The translations under genes and the position numbers were made by a program. From IMG/VR virus record IMGVR_UViG_3300001528_000360, positions 88,430-152,429 of that record: a DNA stretch of 64,000 bases. One strand, 5' to 3'. Source of the stretch: a virus. Its lineage: Duplodnaviria > Caudoviricetes. This document shows, piece after piece, positions 18,232 through 27,742 of the stretch. The stretch's first letter is position 1, and every line of letters starts with the position of its first letter. The notes under the pieces are model-generated. The model made no database searches, was not told the origin of the DNA, and saw only the letters and a program-made list of their open reading frames with translations.

Positions 18232-20871
18232 TTATACAGAAAATATAATATTTGCATTACTAAAATTAGTTACCTTATTGTCACTCGTAAGTATAACATC
18301 AACAGGGTAATTTTCAAACATATTGTTATGAGTAATAAGGAAAACCTGCTCTGCAGAGATACTACTCATTTGTTTTTCTAATATATTCAAAAACATAGCT
18401 CTATTTTTAGTATCTAGTGTACTATCAATCTCATCCAATAAAAGAATATTATAGTTTTTTATAGATTGATTAATTAGTGCAAAAGATAAAGCTAAAGATA
18501 AGAAAGACTTTTCTCCCTGAGATGCATATGTTACATCAGAGATTCTTGTATTATTCTTGATATATGGAATATTAAATTCAGATTCGGTAATCTCAAAGTC
18601 ATCAATTTGAAAATTATCAGAATATACAGTCTGTAATAATTCATTTACAAACATCTTAGTATTCTTCAAATATAACTGCATATATAATAGAGGAATACCC
18701 TTTGTAGAAGATAGAGATTCCTTTATTAGGTTTATATCATCAAATTTAGTATTCAGAATTTCCTGTTCTCTAGTTAAAGAGTTAAATTCTTGTAGTTTTA
18801 CTTTAAGATTAAATATCTCTTTATTGATTTTATCAATCTCCCAATCAACAATAGAAATATCTTTCTTAATGATATCAGATCTAGTTAAATACTCACTAAC
18901 AGAATTAATGATAGTTTTGATTCTTATTAACTCATTATCAATAGAAGTAATCTTGTCTTTATCTTCTATCAATTTAGTCTGATAATCTTTATATTTATTC
19001 AGATGATTAATATACTCTTGAAGATCTTCGATATCTTCTTCAAGTTGTTCATTATCAGTCTTTACTTTATTTTCTTTATTAAGAATTTCAGCAATTGATT
19101 TTTCTAATTCAATTAATTCTTCTTTTAAACTCTCTGTTGAATTCTTATTAGAATTAAGAGTTTTTAATTCAGCTTGTAGTTCTTTCATCTGAAGCTTCAT
19201 GCTACAATATTCTTCATATTCTTCAGCTTCAGAAATCAAATCTGTAATATAATCCTCATTATAAACAGAACTACCATTCTCCATAGAGGATAATATACTA
19301 TCAATTCTAAAATAAGATATATCTCCTTTAGAAATTAAAGACATATTAGTCTTTAGAATCATCAGGATATAATCAATATTTTTATGAATATTATCAATTA
19401 TTTCTAATAAATCCTTTTCATGTTCTAATGAAGATAAACTTTGTCCTTCAGTTTTATTTTCTCCAAATAATAAATCATAAAGAAATAAATAAGGACAATC
19501 TTTTTCAGGACAATTAGAAGGTTTAAATAATATTACAGGAGATTTAGGATTTAGAGAATTCTTAAAATCTGAAGTTAATTTTAAGATCTCTTTATCAATC
19601 TCTTTCTTTCTGTCTATAATATATTTATCAACATTTTCTCCATTACGAATCATTTGAACTGTTTGTTTTACAGCTCTCATATCGAAGCCATAAGTTTCAT
19701 TAGCTACATTATCAATCTGCTTCAATACTTCTAATAAATTAATTAGATTATCTTTTGTATATACAGGAGTATAATCTTTATATTTTTTATCGAGATTTTT
19801 TACCTTATCAGATATATCCATATATAAATGATGTATTTGATGATATGCTACATCAGATACAGAAACTGAAATTTTATTATTGATATCATCTTGCTTATTG
19901 TATAAAGGATTAAGCTGTTCTTTAAAGAACAACATCATATTATCATTAACAGTCTTTTTGCTTTCTAAATCCCGTAACTGTTTTTCAGATAATTCAATTT
20001 CTTTTTCAATAGGATATGTTAATATAATACATAATTTTTCTATGTTCCGAGAAAGAGTCTTTATATCAAACAAAAGATCTTCTTTTTCTTTTTCTAAATC
20101 TTTATATGATTGATTAAGAACTTCTATTCCTTCAGGAACAAGAGTTTTTATCTTACCATCATTTTCTCCTAATTGAATTTGTAAATCATTCTTTTTATCT
20201 GTATACTCTTTTAAATTCTTTTCAGATTTATTAATATCAGATTCTAATACAGATTTATCTATTACGTTTAATCTGATCAATTTATCAGATACAGATTTAA
20301 TCATACTTTTCAGTGCACGATTATCATCGTTAACTTTCTTAAATAAATCATTATAGATATTAATATCTGATAATAGATATGAAGTAAAATTCTTTCGTTC
20401 TGCTGCTTTCATATCAATAAGATTAGTTACATTAGATCCTAATCTTAATAATCTCAGAAAATCTAATTCCAATGAGAGTTCATTCTTTACAACATCATTG
20501 AATGATGTTACATTTCCATTTGGATTTAATTCAACATCATTCTTTTGAATAAAACTCTTTAACGTAATACCTCTCTTAGAATTCTTATAGTAATGCTGGA
20601 TTTTATAAATAATATCATCATTCTGAATCCAGATTTCTTTATATCCATCATGACCTTCACGAATAATATCTGTATTATTCCTTTGGTCCATTGAACCATA
20701 ATATGGAAAAGGATGTAATGTACTCAATAATGAAGTTTTTCCACTTCCATTACTTCCTACAAATAAGATTACATCATTTTTTGATTTTGAAAAATCTATC
20801 TCAATTTCCTTACGCCCCATTGCTGTATAAATGGTAGCATAATTCTTTAATTTCAAATATAAAATTTTCAT
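18232..20871 (-). CDS. sbcC: SbcC/Rad50-like SMC ATPase
   Basis: GSNGSGKT, long coiled coils, CPEKDCP hook, SQGE signature, LLLDE, ITH. Confidence 0.92.
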   Translation of the reverse strand: MKILYLKLKNYATIYTAMGRKEIEIDFSKSKNDVILFVGSNGSGKTSLLSTLHPFPYYGSMDQRNNTDIIREGHDGYKEIWIQNDDIIYKIQHYYKNSKRGITLKSFIQKNDVELNPNGNVTSFNDVVKNELSLELDFLRLLRLGSNVTNLIDMKAAERKNFTSYLLSDINIYNDLFKKVNDDNRALKSMIKSVSDKLIRLNVIDKSVLESDINKSEKNLKEYTDKKNDLQIQLGENDGKIKTLVPEGIEVLNQSYKDLEKEKEDLLFDIKTLSRNIEKLCIILTYPIEKEIELSEKQLRDLESKKTVNDNMMLFFKEQLNPLYNKQDDINNKISVSVSDVAYHQIHHLYMDISDKVKNLDKKYKDYTPVYTKDNLINLLEVLKQIDNVANETYGFDMRAVKQTVQMIRNGENVDKYIIDRKKEIDKEILKLTSDFKNSLNPKSPVILFKPSNCPEKDCPYLFLYDLLFGENKTEGQSLSSLEHEKDLLEIIDNIHKNIDYILMILKTNMSLISKGDISYFRIDSILSSMENGSSVYNEDYITDLISEAEEYEEYCSMKLQMKELQAELKTLNSNKNSTESLKEELIELEKSIAEILNKENKVKTDNEQLEEDIEDLQEYINHLNKYKDYQTKLIEDKDKITSIDNELIRIKTIINSVSEYLTRSDIIKKDISIVDWEIDKINKEIFNLKVKLQEFNSLTREQEILNTKFDDINLIKESLSSTKGIPLLYMQLYLKNTKMFVNELLQTVYSDNFQIDDFEITESEFNIPYIKNNTRISDVTYASQGEKSFLSLALSFALINQSIKNYNILLLDEIDSTLDTKNRAMFLNILEKQMSSISAEQVFLITHNNMFENYPVDVILTSDNKVTNFSNANIIFSV

Positions 20872-20988
20872 TTTAATTCCTCCTTTCTAACAAAAAAATA
20901 TATGATGAAAGAGAATTTACTCTTTCATCATATATTATAAATAGGTTGGAATGCTTATTAAGTTTTATAAAATTGCATTATACAGCTC

Positions 20989-21085
20989 TGATACTATTTA
21001 GTTGATTGATTCATTTTGATTCTTTGATACTATACACAATAATGATTCATTATTTAAGATTGATACTTTTATTCATAATGATTTA
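20989..21085. repeat. 18-nt-period alternating-motif array 2 (5 units plus degenerate terminal motif)
   Basis: TGATACTAT-N9-TGATTCATT-N9 with exact 18-nt spacing; ends TGATTTA. Confidence 0.9.
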
Positions 21086-21090
21086 TATAA

Positions 21091-21121
21091 TACAGAGTGT
21101 TTATAATATAAGCACTCTGTA
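21091..21121 (-). terminator. Hairpin/intrinsic terminator abutting array 2
   Basis: TACAGAGTG...CACTCTGTA inverted repeat. Confidence 0.6.
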
Positions 21122-21134
21122 TATTTTGTATTAC

Positions 21135-21794
21135 TTAGTCACAAGTAAACTCATAACCATCAAGAATTTCCTTCATATGATAAAAGGCATCATCATCCAT
21201 ATTAACACGACCAATTTCATGCTTAACCTTAGTCTTCTTAATATTGGAATCATCAAAAGTATCCTTCAGAATAGTGATAAGTTCTACGAAATCAGTAAGC
21301 ATCTTCTCAACATCATCACTATCAATATCTACAGTACAATCATCTTCATATTCACAAGTATCATCACAATCGCAGGTTTTACACTCATCATCGTCTTCTT
21401 CATCATCCTCATCATCGCACTCTTCACAAGTATCCTTATGATCGCATTTTTCGCAATCACCTTCACAATCATCGTCCCAATCTTCACAATCTTCGCATTC
21501 ACGCTCATCAATAATATCATTGATGACACAATACTCAAGATTTTCAATGATCTTACCATATTCAATATAGGACTCTGCAAGATCAAGCTCAGATGTAGTA
21601 AGTGCTTTCTTTTCCTCATCAAAAGCAATATGAATTTCATCAAGGTCTAAAATAGATTTAATAATTTGCTTAAGCTCAAATACACGAGCAATATAGTAGA
21701 ATTCATCATCAGTTAATGTCTTAATATCATTCTTATTATCAGCAGTAGGATCAGGAACAGCCTTGGTATTAACCTTAATAACAGTCTTCTTCAT
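21135..21794 (-). CDS. Acidic protein with a Cys-rich segment
   Basis: CEDC..CEGDCEKC..CEEC..CKTCDC cluster. Confidence 0.7.
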   Translation of the reverse strand: MKKTVIKVNTKAVPDPTADNKNDIKTLTDDEFYYIARVFELKQIIKSILDLDEIHIAFDEEKKALTTSELDLAESYIEYGKIIENLEYCVINDIIDERECEDCEDWDDDCEGDCEKCDHKDTCEECDDEDDEEDDDECKTCDCDDTCEYEDDCTVDIDSDDVEKMLTDFVELITILKDTFDDSNIKKTKVKHEIGRVNMDDDAFYHMKEILDGYEFTCD

Positions 21795-21799
21795 TTGTC

Positions 21800-22309
21800 T
21801 TACCCTTTCTTAATTAAAATAAATTTTTTATATCTATCAATAATATTCTTTAAGGTCATTAACTTATCTACAGGCATCTTAATATAAGTGTCTATAGCAT
21901 CATCAATAACTTGAATATCATCAATATTTGTATTTCCGATAATACTAAGTACTACAATAAAGTCTTCCCATGGATGTAAATCCATTGAAGGATCTTCAAT
22001 ACCCCCGTTATTATCGCTTCGATCAGTTTCTGACTCATCATTTTCTCCATAGAAATTCTTTAAGTCTTCTTCATCAGGACATTCAAACAAGTCATCATCG
22101 TTAGTCTGTGATACCTCATTTAATTCACTAAATAAACTTAATGTAATATCACCAATAGTTGTTATATCCTCAATTGATAATGTTGCATTATCATTACTAT
22201 CACGTGGAGAATTATTAATAACTGTAATAATTTCACTAATAGCATCTACAACTGAGGATCCAACATTATACGACTTCATACCATCTTCCGTCATTTTCAT
22301 CATCTCCAA
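21800..22309 (-). CDS. Acidic hypothetical protein
   Basis: 169-aa ORF within the operon. Confidence 0.6.
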   Translation of the reverse strand: MEMMKMTEDGMKSYNVGSSVVDAISEIITVINNSPRDSNDNATLSIEDITTIGDITLSLFSELNEVSQTNDDDLFECPDEEDLKNFYGENDESETDRSDNNGGIEDPSMDLHPWEDFIVVLSIIGNTNIDDIQVIDDAIDTYIKMPVDKLMTLKNIIDRYKKFILIKKG

Positions 22310-22664
22310 TTCTATACATTAATTCATGTACATTAATAGCTAAATCATCAATATACATATGTGCTCCAATTTTTCTACATTCACCATATTTTTCAATGTT
22401 TCCAGGTAAATTTTCATTTGCATAATCAACATGTAATCCTACAGATTTACAAGCAATAAGAGCTGCTTCTAATAACTCACCTTCATGACAAGTATTTAGA
22501 ATAATCTTTGCTCCTTGTTTCTGTAGAGATTTTACATATTTAACAATAGACATATTTGGTGATATAATATACGGAAACTGAGTTTTAAATAGTGTACCAT
22601 CAAAATCTACAGCAATTACTTTATCTTTAGGATCTTTTTCAATATCATCTATAAATTCATACAT
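22266..22664 (-). CDS. HAD-superfamily hydrolase (cap-less)
   Basis: IAVDFDGTL, NT, K, YIDD motifs. Confidence 0.85.
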   Translation of the reverse strand: MYEFIDDIEKDPKDKVIAVDFDGTLFKTQFPYIISPNMSIVKYVKSLQKQGAKIILNTCHEGELLEAALIACKSVGLHVDYANENLPGNIEKYGECRKIGAHMYIDDLAINVHELMYRIGDDENDGRWYEVV

Positions 22665-22675
22665 ATCAGTACTCC

Positions 22676-22822
22676 TTACACGAAGAATTCATTATCAATA
22701 TACTTACTGATGGCTTCTTTCAACTCTTCCTTATCTTTACAATCATACTCAACTCCAGTAGTTCCTTCATGATTAATCCAGGCTTTCTTTTCATCTTCAT
22801 AATAATTTACATAAATAATCAT
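22676..22822 (-). CDS. Small hypothetical protein (48 aa, below the ORF-track cutoff)
   Basis: AAGGAG RBS, MIIYVNYYEDEKKAWINHEG...; fills the gap in the operon. Confidence 0.6.
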   Translation of the reverse strand: MIIYVNYYEDEKKAWINHEGTTGVEYDCKDKEELKEAISKYIDNEFFV

Positions 22823-22832
22823 ATTTTTCTCC

Positions 22833-23477
22833 TTAAATTTTATTATTTAATTTAATAGTTTCAGTCATAGGATTAACCTTGTCATCACCATTATCTTTAA
22901 CAACCATCTCCCAATCAAGCCCAAGGATCTCACACCATTTTACAAAATTAGGAACAGTCATTTTTGTAGATTTATTCAATCCTGATTTCATATTATTCAA
23001 AGCATACTCATTTGTAAATCTATCTTTATAATTCTTTAAATTAATCTTCTTATTAAGAATAGCTTTCTTAACGATATACTTTAAGAAATCATCTTCAGGA
23101 CGAATTGTAGGGGTAAAGGTTTCGGAATTATTATTGATAATTTCAATGTCAGAAGGCTGAATAAAATTATCAATATTTTCTTCCACCGTATCGAAAATAC
23201 TATTAGCGGATAACTCATTAATATTATCAATACTAAATTTATCTCTATGCTTTTTATCAGGATGAATAAATATAATTTCATCATCCTTCTTATAGATTCC
23301 GGGATCAGATGACTCTGTCTTTAATTTTCCTCTGTAAATATAAAGATAATCGCCTACAATGTAAGCAACATTCTTCTTTAATTTACAACCTTCATAATAT
23401 AACTCAACCTCATAATACTCATCATCAATGATGACTACAGGTTGAGTATTAATAAATACTTTACATTTTTTACCCAT
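22833..23477 (-). CDS. Hypothetical protein (possible C-terminal HTH-like region)
   Basis: 214-aa ORF; early promoter motif at 23511-23520. Confidence 0.65.
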   Translation of the reverse strand: MGKKCKVFINTQPVVIIDDEYYEVELYYEGCKLKKNVAYIVGDYLYIYRGKLKTESSDPGIYKKDDEIIFIHPDKKHRDKFSIDNINELSANSIFDTVEENIDNFIQPSDIEIINNNSETFTPTIRPEDDFLKYIVKKAILNKKINLKNYKDRFTNEYALNNMKSGLNKSTKMTVPNFVKWCEILGLDWEMVVKDNGDDKVNPMTETIKLNNKI

Positions 23478-23540
23478 TTCGTCACCCTCATTTTATATTG
23501 TGATAAGTATATAATATATACTTATCTTTTGTTTTGCTTT

Positions 23541-24275
23541 TTATAAGCCTTCAAAAATATCTTCATCTTTAGATGTACTAAAATTTGAAGTTGTTTTTTC
23601 TTTAGATGATGATGTCCAATCAATATTCTTTTTAATCTGTGAATTATACACTTTTCTATTTGAAAATAGATCCAGATTCTTTTCATGATGATTAGTAAAT
23701 GCTAAATAATAATTTACTAATGACTGTGAATATTCGAAGATATCTATTTTCTCTAATGTGTAAACTAAGTTCTCAAATTCCTCTATAGATAAAGGAATAA
23801 CATTTTCTATTTTATTAATGAAGATATGAACACCTTCATATGAAGTTTCATTTTCATCATATATAACAGAAGGCTTTATCATAATCGCTTGTCCTATTCT
23901 AGGAATAGTAACTTGCTCTGTATATTTTTTAGCCATATCTTCATATACAATAACTTTGTTATTTTGTAATGCAAAAATATTTTGTTCATAAATATTTTTT
24001 AATACTTTCTTCATGGTCTTTACTACACTACCGAGGTTTCCCATACCAATTAAGAAAGATTTTGTCATATCGAATGATTGATCATTTGGTTTTACTAACT
24101 CTAAGGTTACATAACCATTAAAGTTTAAATTAATATATTTTTTATCTCCTATAGTAAATTCATTATGTGTTGCTATAGTCTCCTCTTTTAATTTTACTTG
24201 TATTTTTAAAGCTAAATTAGGATATCTTAAGATAGTCCTAGTGATCTTCTCAGGAAGTTTATTTTCCCCAGTCAA
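23541..24275 (-). CDS. Hypothetical protein
   Basis: 244-aa ORF, TTG start; early promoter motif at 24340-24349. Confidence 0.65.
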   Translation of the reverse strand: MTGENKLPEKITRTILRYPNLALKIQVKLKEETIATHNEFTIGDKKYINLNFNGYVTLELVKPNDQSFDMTKSFLIGMGNLGSVVKTMKKVLKNIYEQNIFALQNNKVIVYEDMAKKYTEQVTIPRIGQAIMIKPSVIYDENETSYEGVHIFINKIENVIPLSIEEFENLVYTLEKIDIFEYSQSLVNYYLAFTNHHEKNLDLFSNRKVYNSQIKKNIDWTSSSKEKTTSNFSTSKDEDIFEGL

Positions 24276-24415
24276 ACTAATTCACCAACTTCCAATATAG
24301 ATTATATTATAGTTTTTTCATTTATACAATTCTATATCTATAATATATATCTAAAAAATAAGATAAAAAAATGAAGTATGATAGGAAAGTAGTAATCCTA
24401 TCATACTTCAAAGTA

Positions 24416-27199
24416 TTATTCAATTCCTTCTGAATCTATATTAATCTCAATTGTATATACATCATCATCTTTAAGTTTTCGATTTACATCGAAAGTTTTA
24501 TTAAGTTCTGTACAATGTAAATTGAAATTATAATAATCTTCAATAGAATCAAAAGTAGGCGTAATGTTTAGATAGTCTTTCTTATTTCCATAGAAAGATT
24601 CAATATCTTTATCGAAATTAAATTTAAACCCTTCAGGTTCATGAGAACCATCAAAATACAATCCATCTGTTTTACAGAATGGTGTCATGATGGCACTTGT
24701 ACCAGGGTCTGATGTCAGTAATGTTCACACAAGGTCGTTACTCTTATGTAGTTCTCTTATGAACTTCTCTATATCATCTATAGAGCTCAGACTATATCTT
24801 CATCCTTTATTAAGGAGCCCTCCATTTCCATCTACTTAGATGTACGTGCTAAGCACTAGTCGTTGAACCTTCATAATCAAAAACTGCTATCTGATCATCA
24901 TCTGAATAAATTATATTAGAAGACTTAATTTTCTTTTCATCTATTTTAGTACAGGAAATTTCTGCTATATTATTTTCTTTAAGAAACTCAGAAAGTTTCT
25001 TAATAGCTTTATGAAATTTTCTATTCCCTTTAGATGTAAAGAAGAATTTTGTACCTTCAGGAACTCTTATATCAGGAGCTTTTAATTTATATTCAAATAT
25101 AGCTGTAAGTCTAAATATTTCATTTTCACAGCTATTGGGTTTAGGATGATCATTAAAATCATATTCATAAGCAGTTGTAATAATTCCTATATCTGTATCT
25201 TTTGTTGAATACCGATATAACATATATATTCTCCTTTATGTTGATTATGCTTGGTTGCTGATTATCTTATAAAAGACTTTCCAGCAATTAAGAGAGATTT
25301 GTATAATGTATTACTACATTATGCGGCTAATAATCTACCGCAGACATTAATATCTAAACGGCCTAAATAACTTGGATCTAACATATATCTTCATATAGAA
25401 TCGTTAGTTCTATACCGTTCAATAAAGAACAGCTCTATATTTCTATAGAGATGAGACTATATCTTCAACTTAGTTAAGTTGCTCTCCATTTCCATCTACT
25501 TAGATGTACATTTAGTCGTTGAACTTTTCAATCTGCATTAATAAGAAATTCACCATCCTCATTATAGTTAGAGATAACATAAATAGTATCAGAATTTTCC
25601 TGGCTTTCACCAATATATCCTAAACTAATTGTACTAATCGGTGTAAGTGCTTTCTTATCGTCTACTTTAACATCAAGTAACATAGGTAGGTCACCATATT
25701 TTTCAATAAGGTCCTCCATGTTCTTAACAAAAGTACTTGCCATTACAATTTTCATTTTTTTCTTCCTCCTATATATAATACAAATTGATTTAGCTGCTGA
25801 TTGTCTACAGCATTACCTGTTTAGAGATTCCAGCAATTAAGAGAGTTACGTAGCTTATTTTCAAACCACGATATTTAGTACTAATGTTATTATCATTATT
25901 ATTTCCTAAGGAATTCGGTCCTTTAAATGTAATTTTGAGCTTTCCAAATATGTCAAGGTCATTTACACTATCATCATACCTTAATAAGCCTGACTTATGC
26001 AACTGAGATAGTATAAGATCACCTTGGAACTTAAATATTTCTTCAACATTTTTAAGTGTTGCCTTTGATCCCATTCCAATAATTCTATTTACTCTATCAC
26101 TAAACGTCTTCGTGAGAAGCGATGCTATATACTCATTACATCTAAGACGTTTATTTTCCAAACTCATATTATCTTTCTTTCTTAGATCAGAGAAATTCTG
26201 AACCAACCATCTTACAATTGAATAAATATTCTTTTTATGAATAGGATGTAATTTAAGAATACGTTTTGTAGTATCATCAATCATACGATCAAAGAATACC
26301 ATAGTATTCAATCCTTTTTCATATTGAGAATTTTTATTAATCGTTCCGATTGCTCCTAATTCTTCAATCCAGAAATCTTTATTTTCTAAGTTATCAATAG
26401 ACATTCGATTTGTCATTAATGTTAACAACATGAATGCCATAGATTTTACATACGTATATTTATAAAAGAAATGCTTATTTACTTCTAAGAATAACTTTGA
26501 GTTTACACTAAAGTAAATAAACTCTTCTGTATTTTCAGGACTTTCAACAAATCTAATAATTTTATCAACTGAATAATATTTTAAAGTTTTCTTTAGTCCA
26601 ATCTTTGCTAAATAAAACAAAAGAATATCTACATTCTTACGGAACACAAGAATTGTATACGTAGGAGCTGTAAATGATTCTCCTGTTGTAGATTTTGCTG
26701 TATACTGTTTTACCTTAATATTAATCGGCATCATAGATTTTAATACAATAGCCGACTTTGTTGTATAAGATGCAGAGTCAACGATCTGATATAATAAGAA
26801 ATATTTATTTCCTTTAATCTTATAATACAGATTATCATCAGGAACAGGAATCAATAATTTCTTTGTGATATTTTTAGATTCATCATTGCATTCCAGATGA
26901 AATTTCAGACGAAGTTCTGCATATCTTGAATCCTGAAGATACATATATCTTGTAGGATCATTCTTCTTTGTTTTCGTTCTTGATTTGGCATCAATATACT
27001 CACTCGTATTAATTTCAGCTTCATTGGTTACATAATCATATCCAAGGAATTTTACATACTCAAGAACTTCAAGAGACTTACAACAATCAACTATATAATT
27101 AACCAAGTCATCGTCGTACTCTCGATTAATTAGAGGGTAGTTAAATCGTTCTTCATTAGGATTTTTATATTCTTTGATGAATTTATACATACGATGCAT
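24416..27199 (-). CDS. rpoB: Phage RNA polymerase beta N-terminal-half subunit (3 exons, ~559 aa)
   Basis: Exons 27199-25865, 25381-25337, 24715-24416 give KGPNSLG..KYRG|LDPSYLGRLDINVCG|TSDPGTS, equivalent to the beta GPGGL..RDVHxSHYGRIC..TPEG region. Confidence 0.8.
24716..25336 (-). mobile_element. Group I intron with a non-endonuclease ORF in P6
   Basis: P at ~25280, Q ~25254, R ~24857, S ~24790; P1 GCGGU/GCCGC; ends G. Confidence 0.88.
24849..25223 (-). CDS. Intron-encoded hypothetical protein (no homing endonuclease motif)
   Basis: AAGGAG RBS; 124 aa; FFFTSKGNRKF and IIYSDDDQIA motifs; no HNH, GIY-YIG or LAGLIDADG. Confidence 0.75.
   Translation of the reverse strand: MLYRYSTKDTDIGIITTAYEYDFNDHPKPNSCENEIFRLTAIFEYKLKAPDIRVPEGTKFFFTSKGNRKFHKAIKKLSEFLKENNIAEISCTKIDEKKIKSSNIIYSDDDQIAVFDYEGSTTSA
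25382..25864 (-). mobile_element. Group I intron with a small non-endonuclease ORF in P6
   Basis: P ~25829, Q ~25794, R ~25513, S ~25456; P1 CGUGGU/GCUACG. Confidence 0.88.
25528..25755 (-). CDS. Intron-encoded small hypothetical protein
   Basis: AGGAGG RBS; 75 aa; DLIEKYGDLP resembles small phage hypothetical proteins. Confidence 0.75.
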   Translation of the reverse strand: MKIVMASTFVKNMEDLIEKYGDLPMLLDVKVDDKKALTPISTISLGYIGESQENSDTIYVISNYNEDGEFLINAD

Positions 27200-27285
27200 C
27201 AATCCCCTCATAAATTTTGTTTAAAAAAATTAGTGCAGGGTGTAAAATGATACACCCTGCACTAAGCATATATTTAGTTTTATCT

Positions 27286-27651
27286 TTACTCGTCGTCTTC
27301 AGTAGTTTCATCAGACTTAATGACAGTCTTGAAGATGGTACCAGGCTGAATGAACGGAGTGAAATTACCTTCCTTTTCACCGTCATCAGACTCACGATAA
27401 GTAATACCCATCTCAAGAAGATTCATGATATTAACAGAGATATCAGAATCAGTGCTCTTGTTCTTATCAAGGAACTGAGCAGCAGAATACAGGAATTCAT
27501 ACGCGATCGTAGGAATTGCATCTGCCATAGTAATATTGATGTGACGCTCCTTGTAAAGGACCTTCTGTGCAGCCTCTGCAATTTCAGTCAGAGCCTTCAT
27601 TTCCTTAGCGGTACCCTTAAAATCAACAAGCTTAGCGTTTTCAGAACTCAT
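27286..27651 (-). CDS. Hypothetical protein, possibly HU/IHF-like DNA-binding
   Basis: PFIQPGTIFKTVIK resembles the HU C-terminal PxFxPGKxLK; AAG-rich codons; AACA-N6-TA at 27684-27695. Confidence 0.45.
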   Translation of the reverse strand: MSSENAKLVDFKGTAKEMKALTEIAEAAQKVLYKERHINITMADAIPTIAYEFLYSAAQFLDKNKSTDSDISVNIMNLLEMGITYRESDDGEKEGNFTPFIQPGTIFKTVIKSDETTEDDE

Positions 27652-27742
27652 GTGTGTTTACCTCCATTAATTAATATAAAGATTATTTTTATGTTAATCG
27701 ACAAATAACTTTTAATTACTTGCCGAGGAACACCATTGGGTG

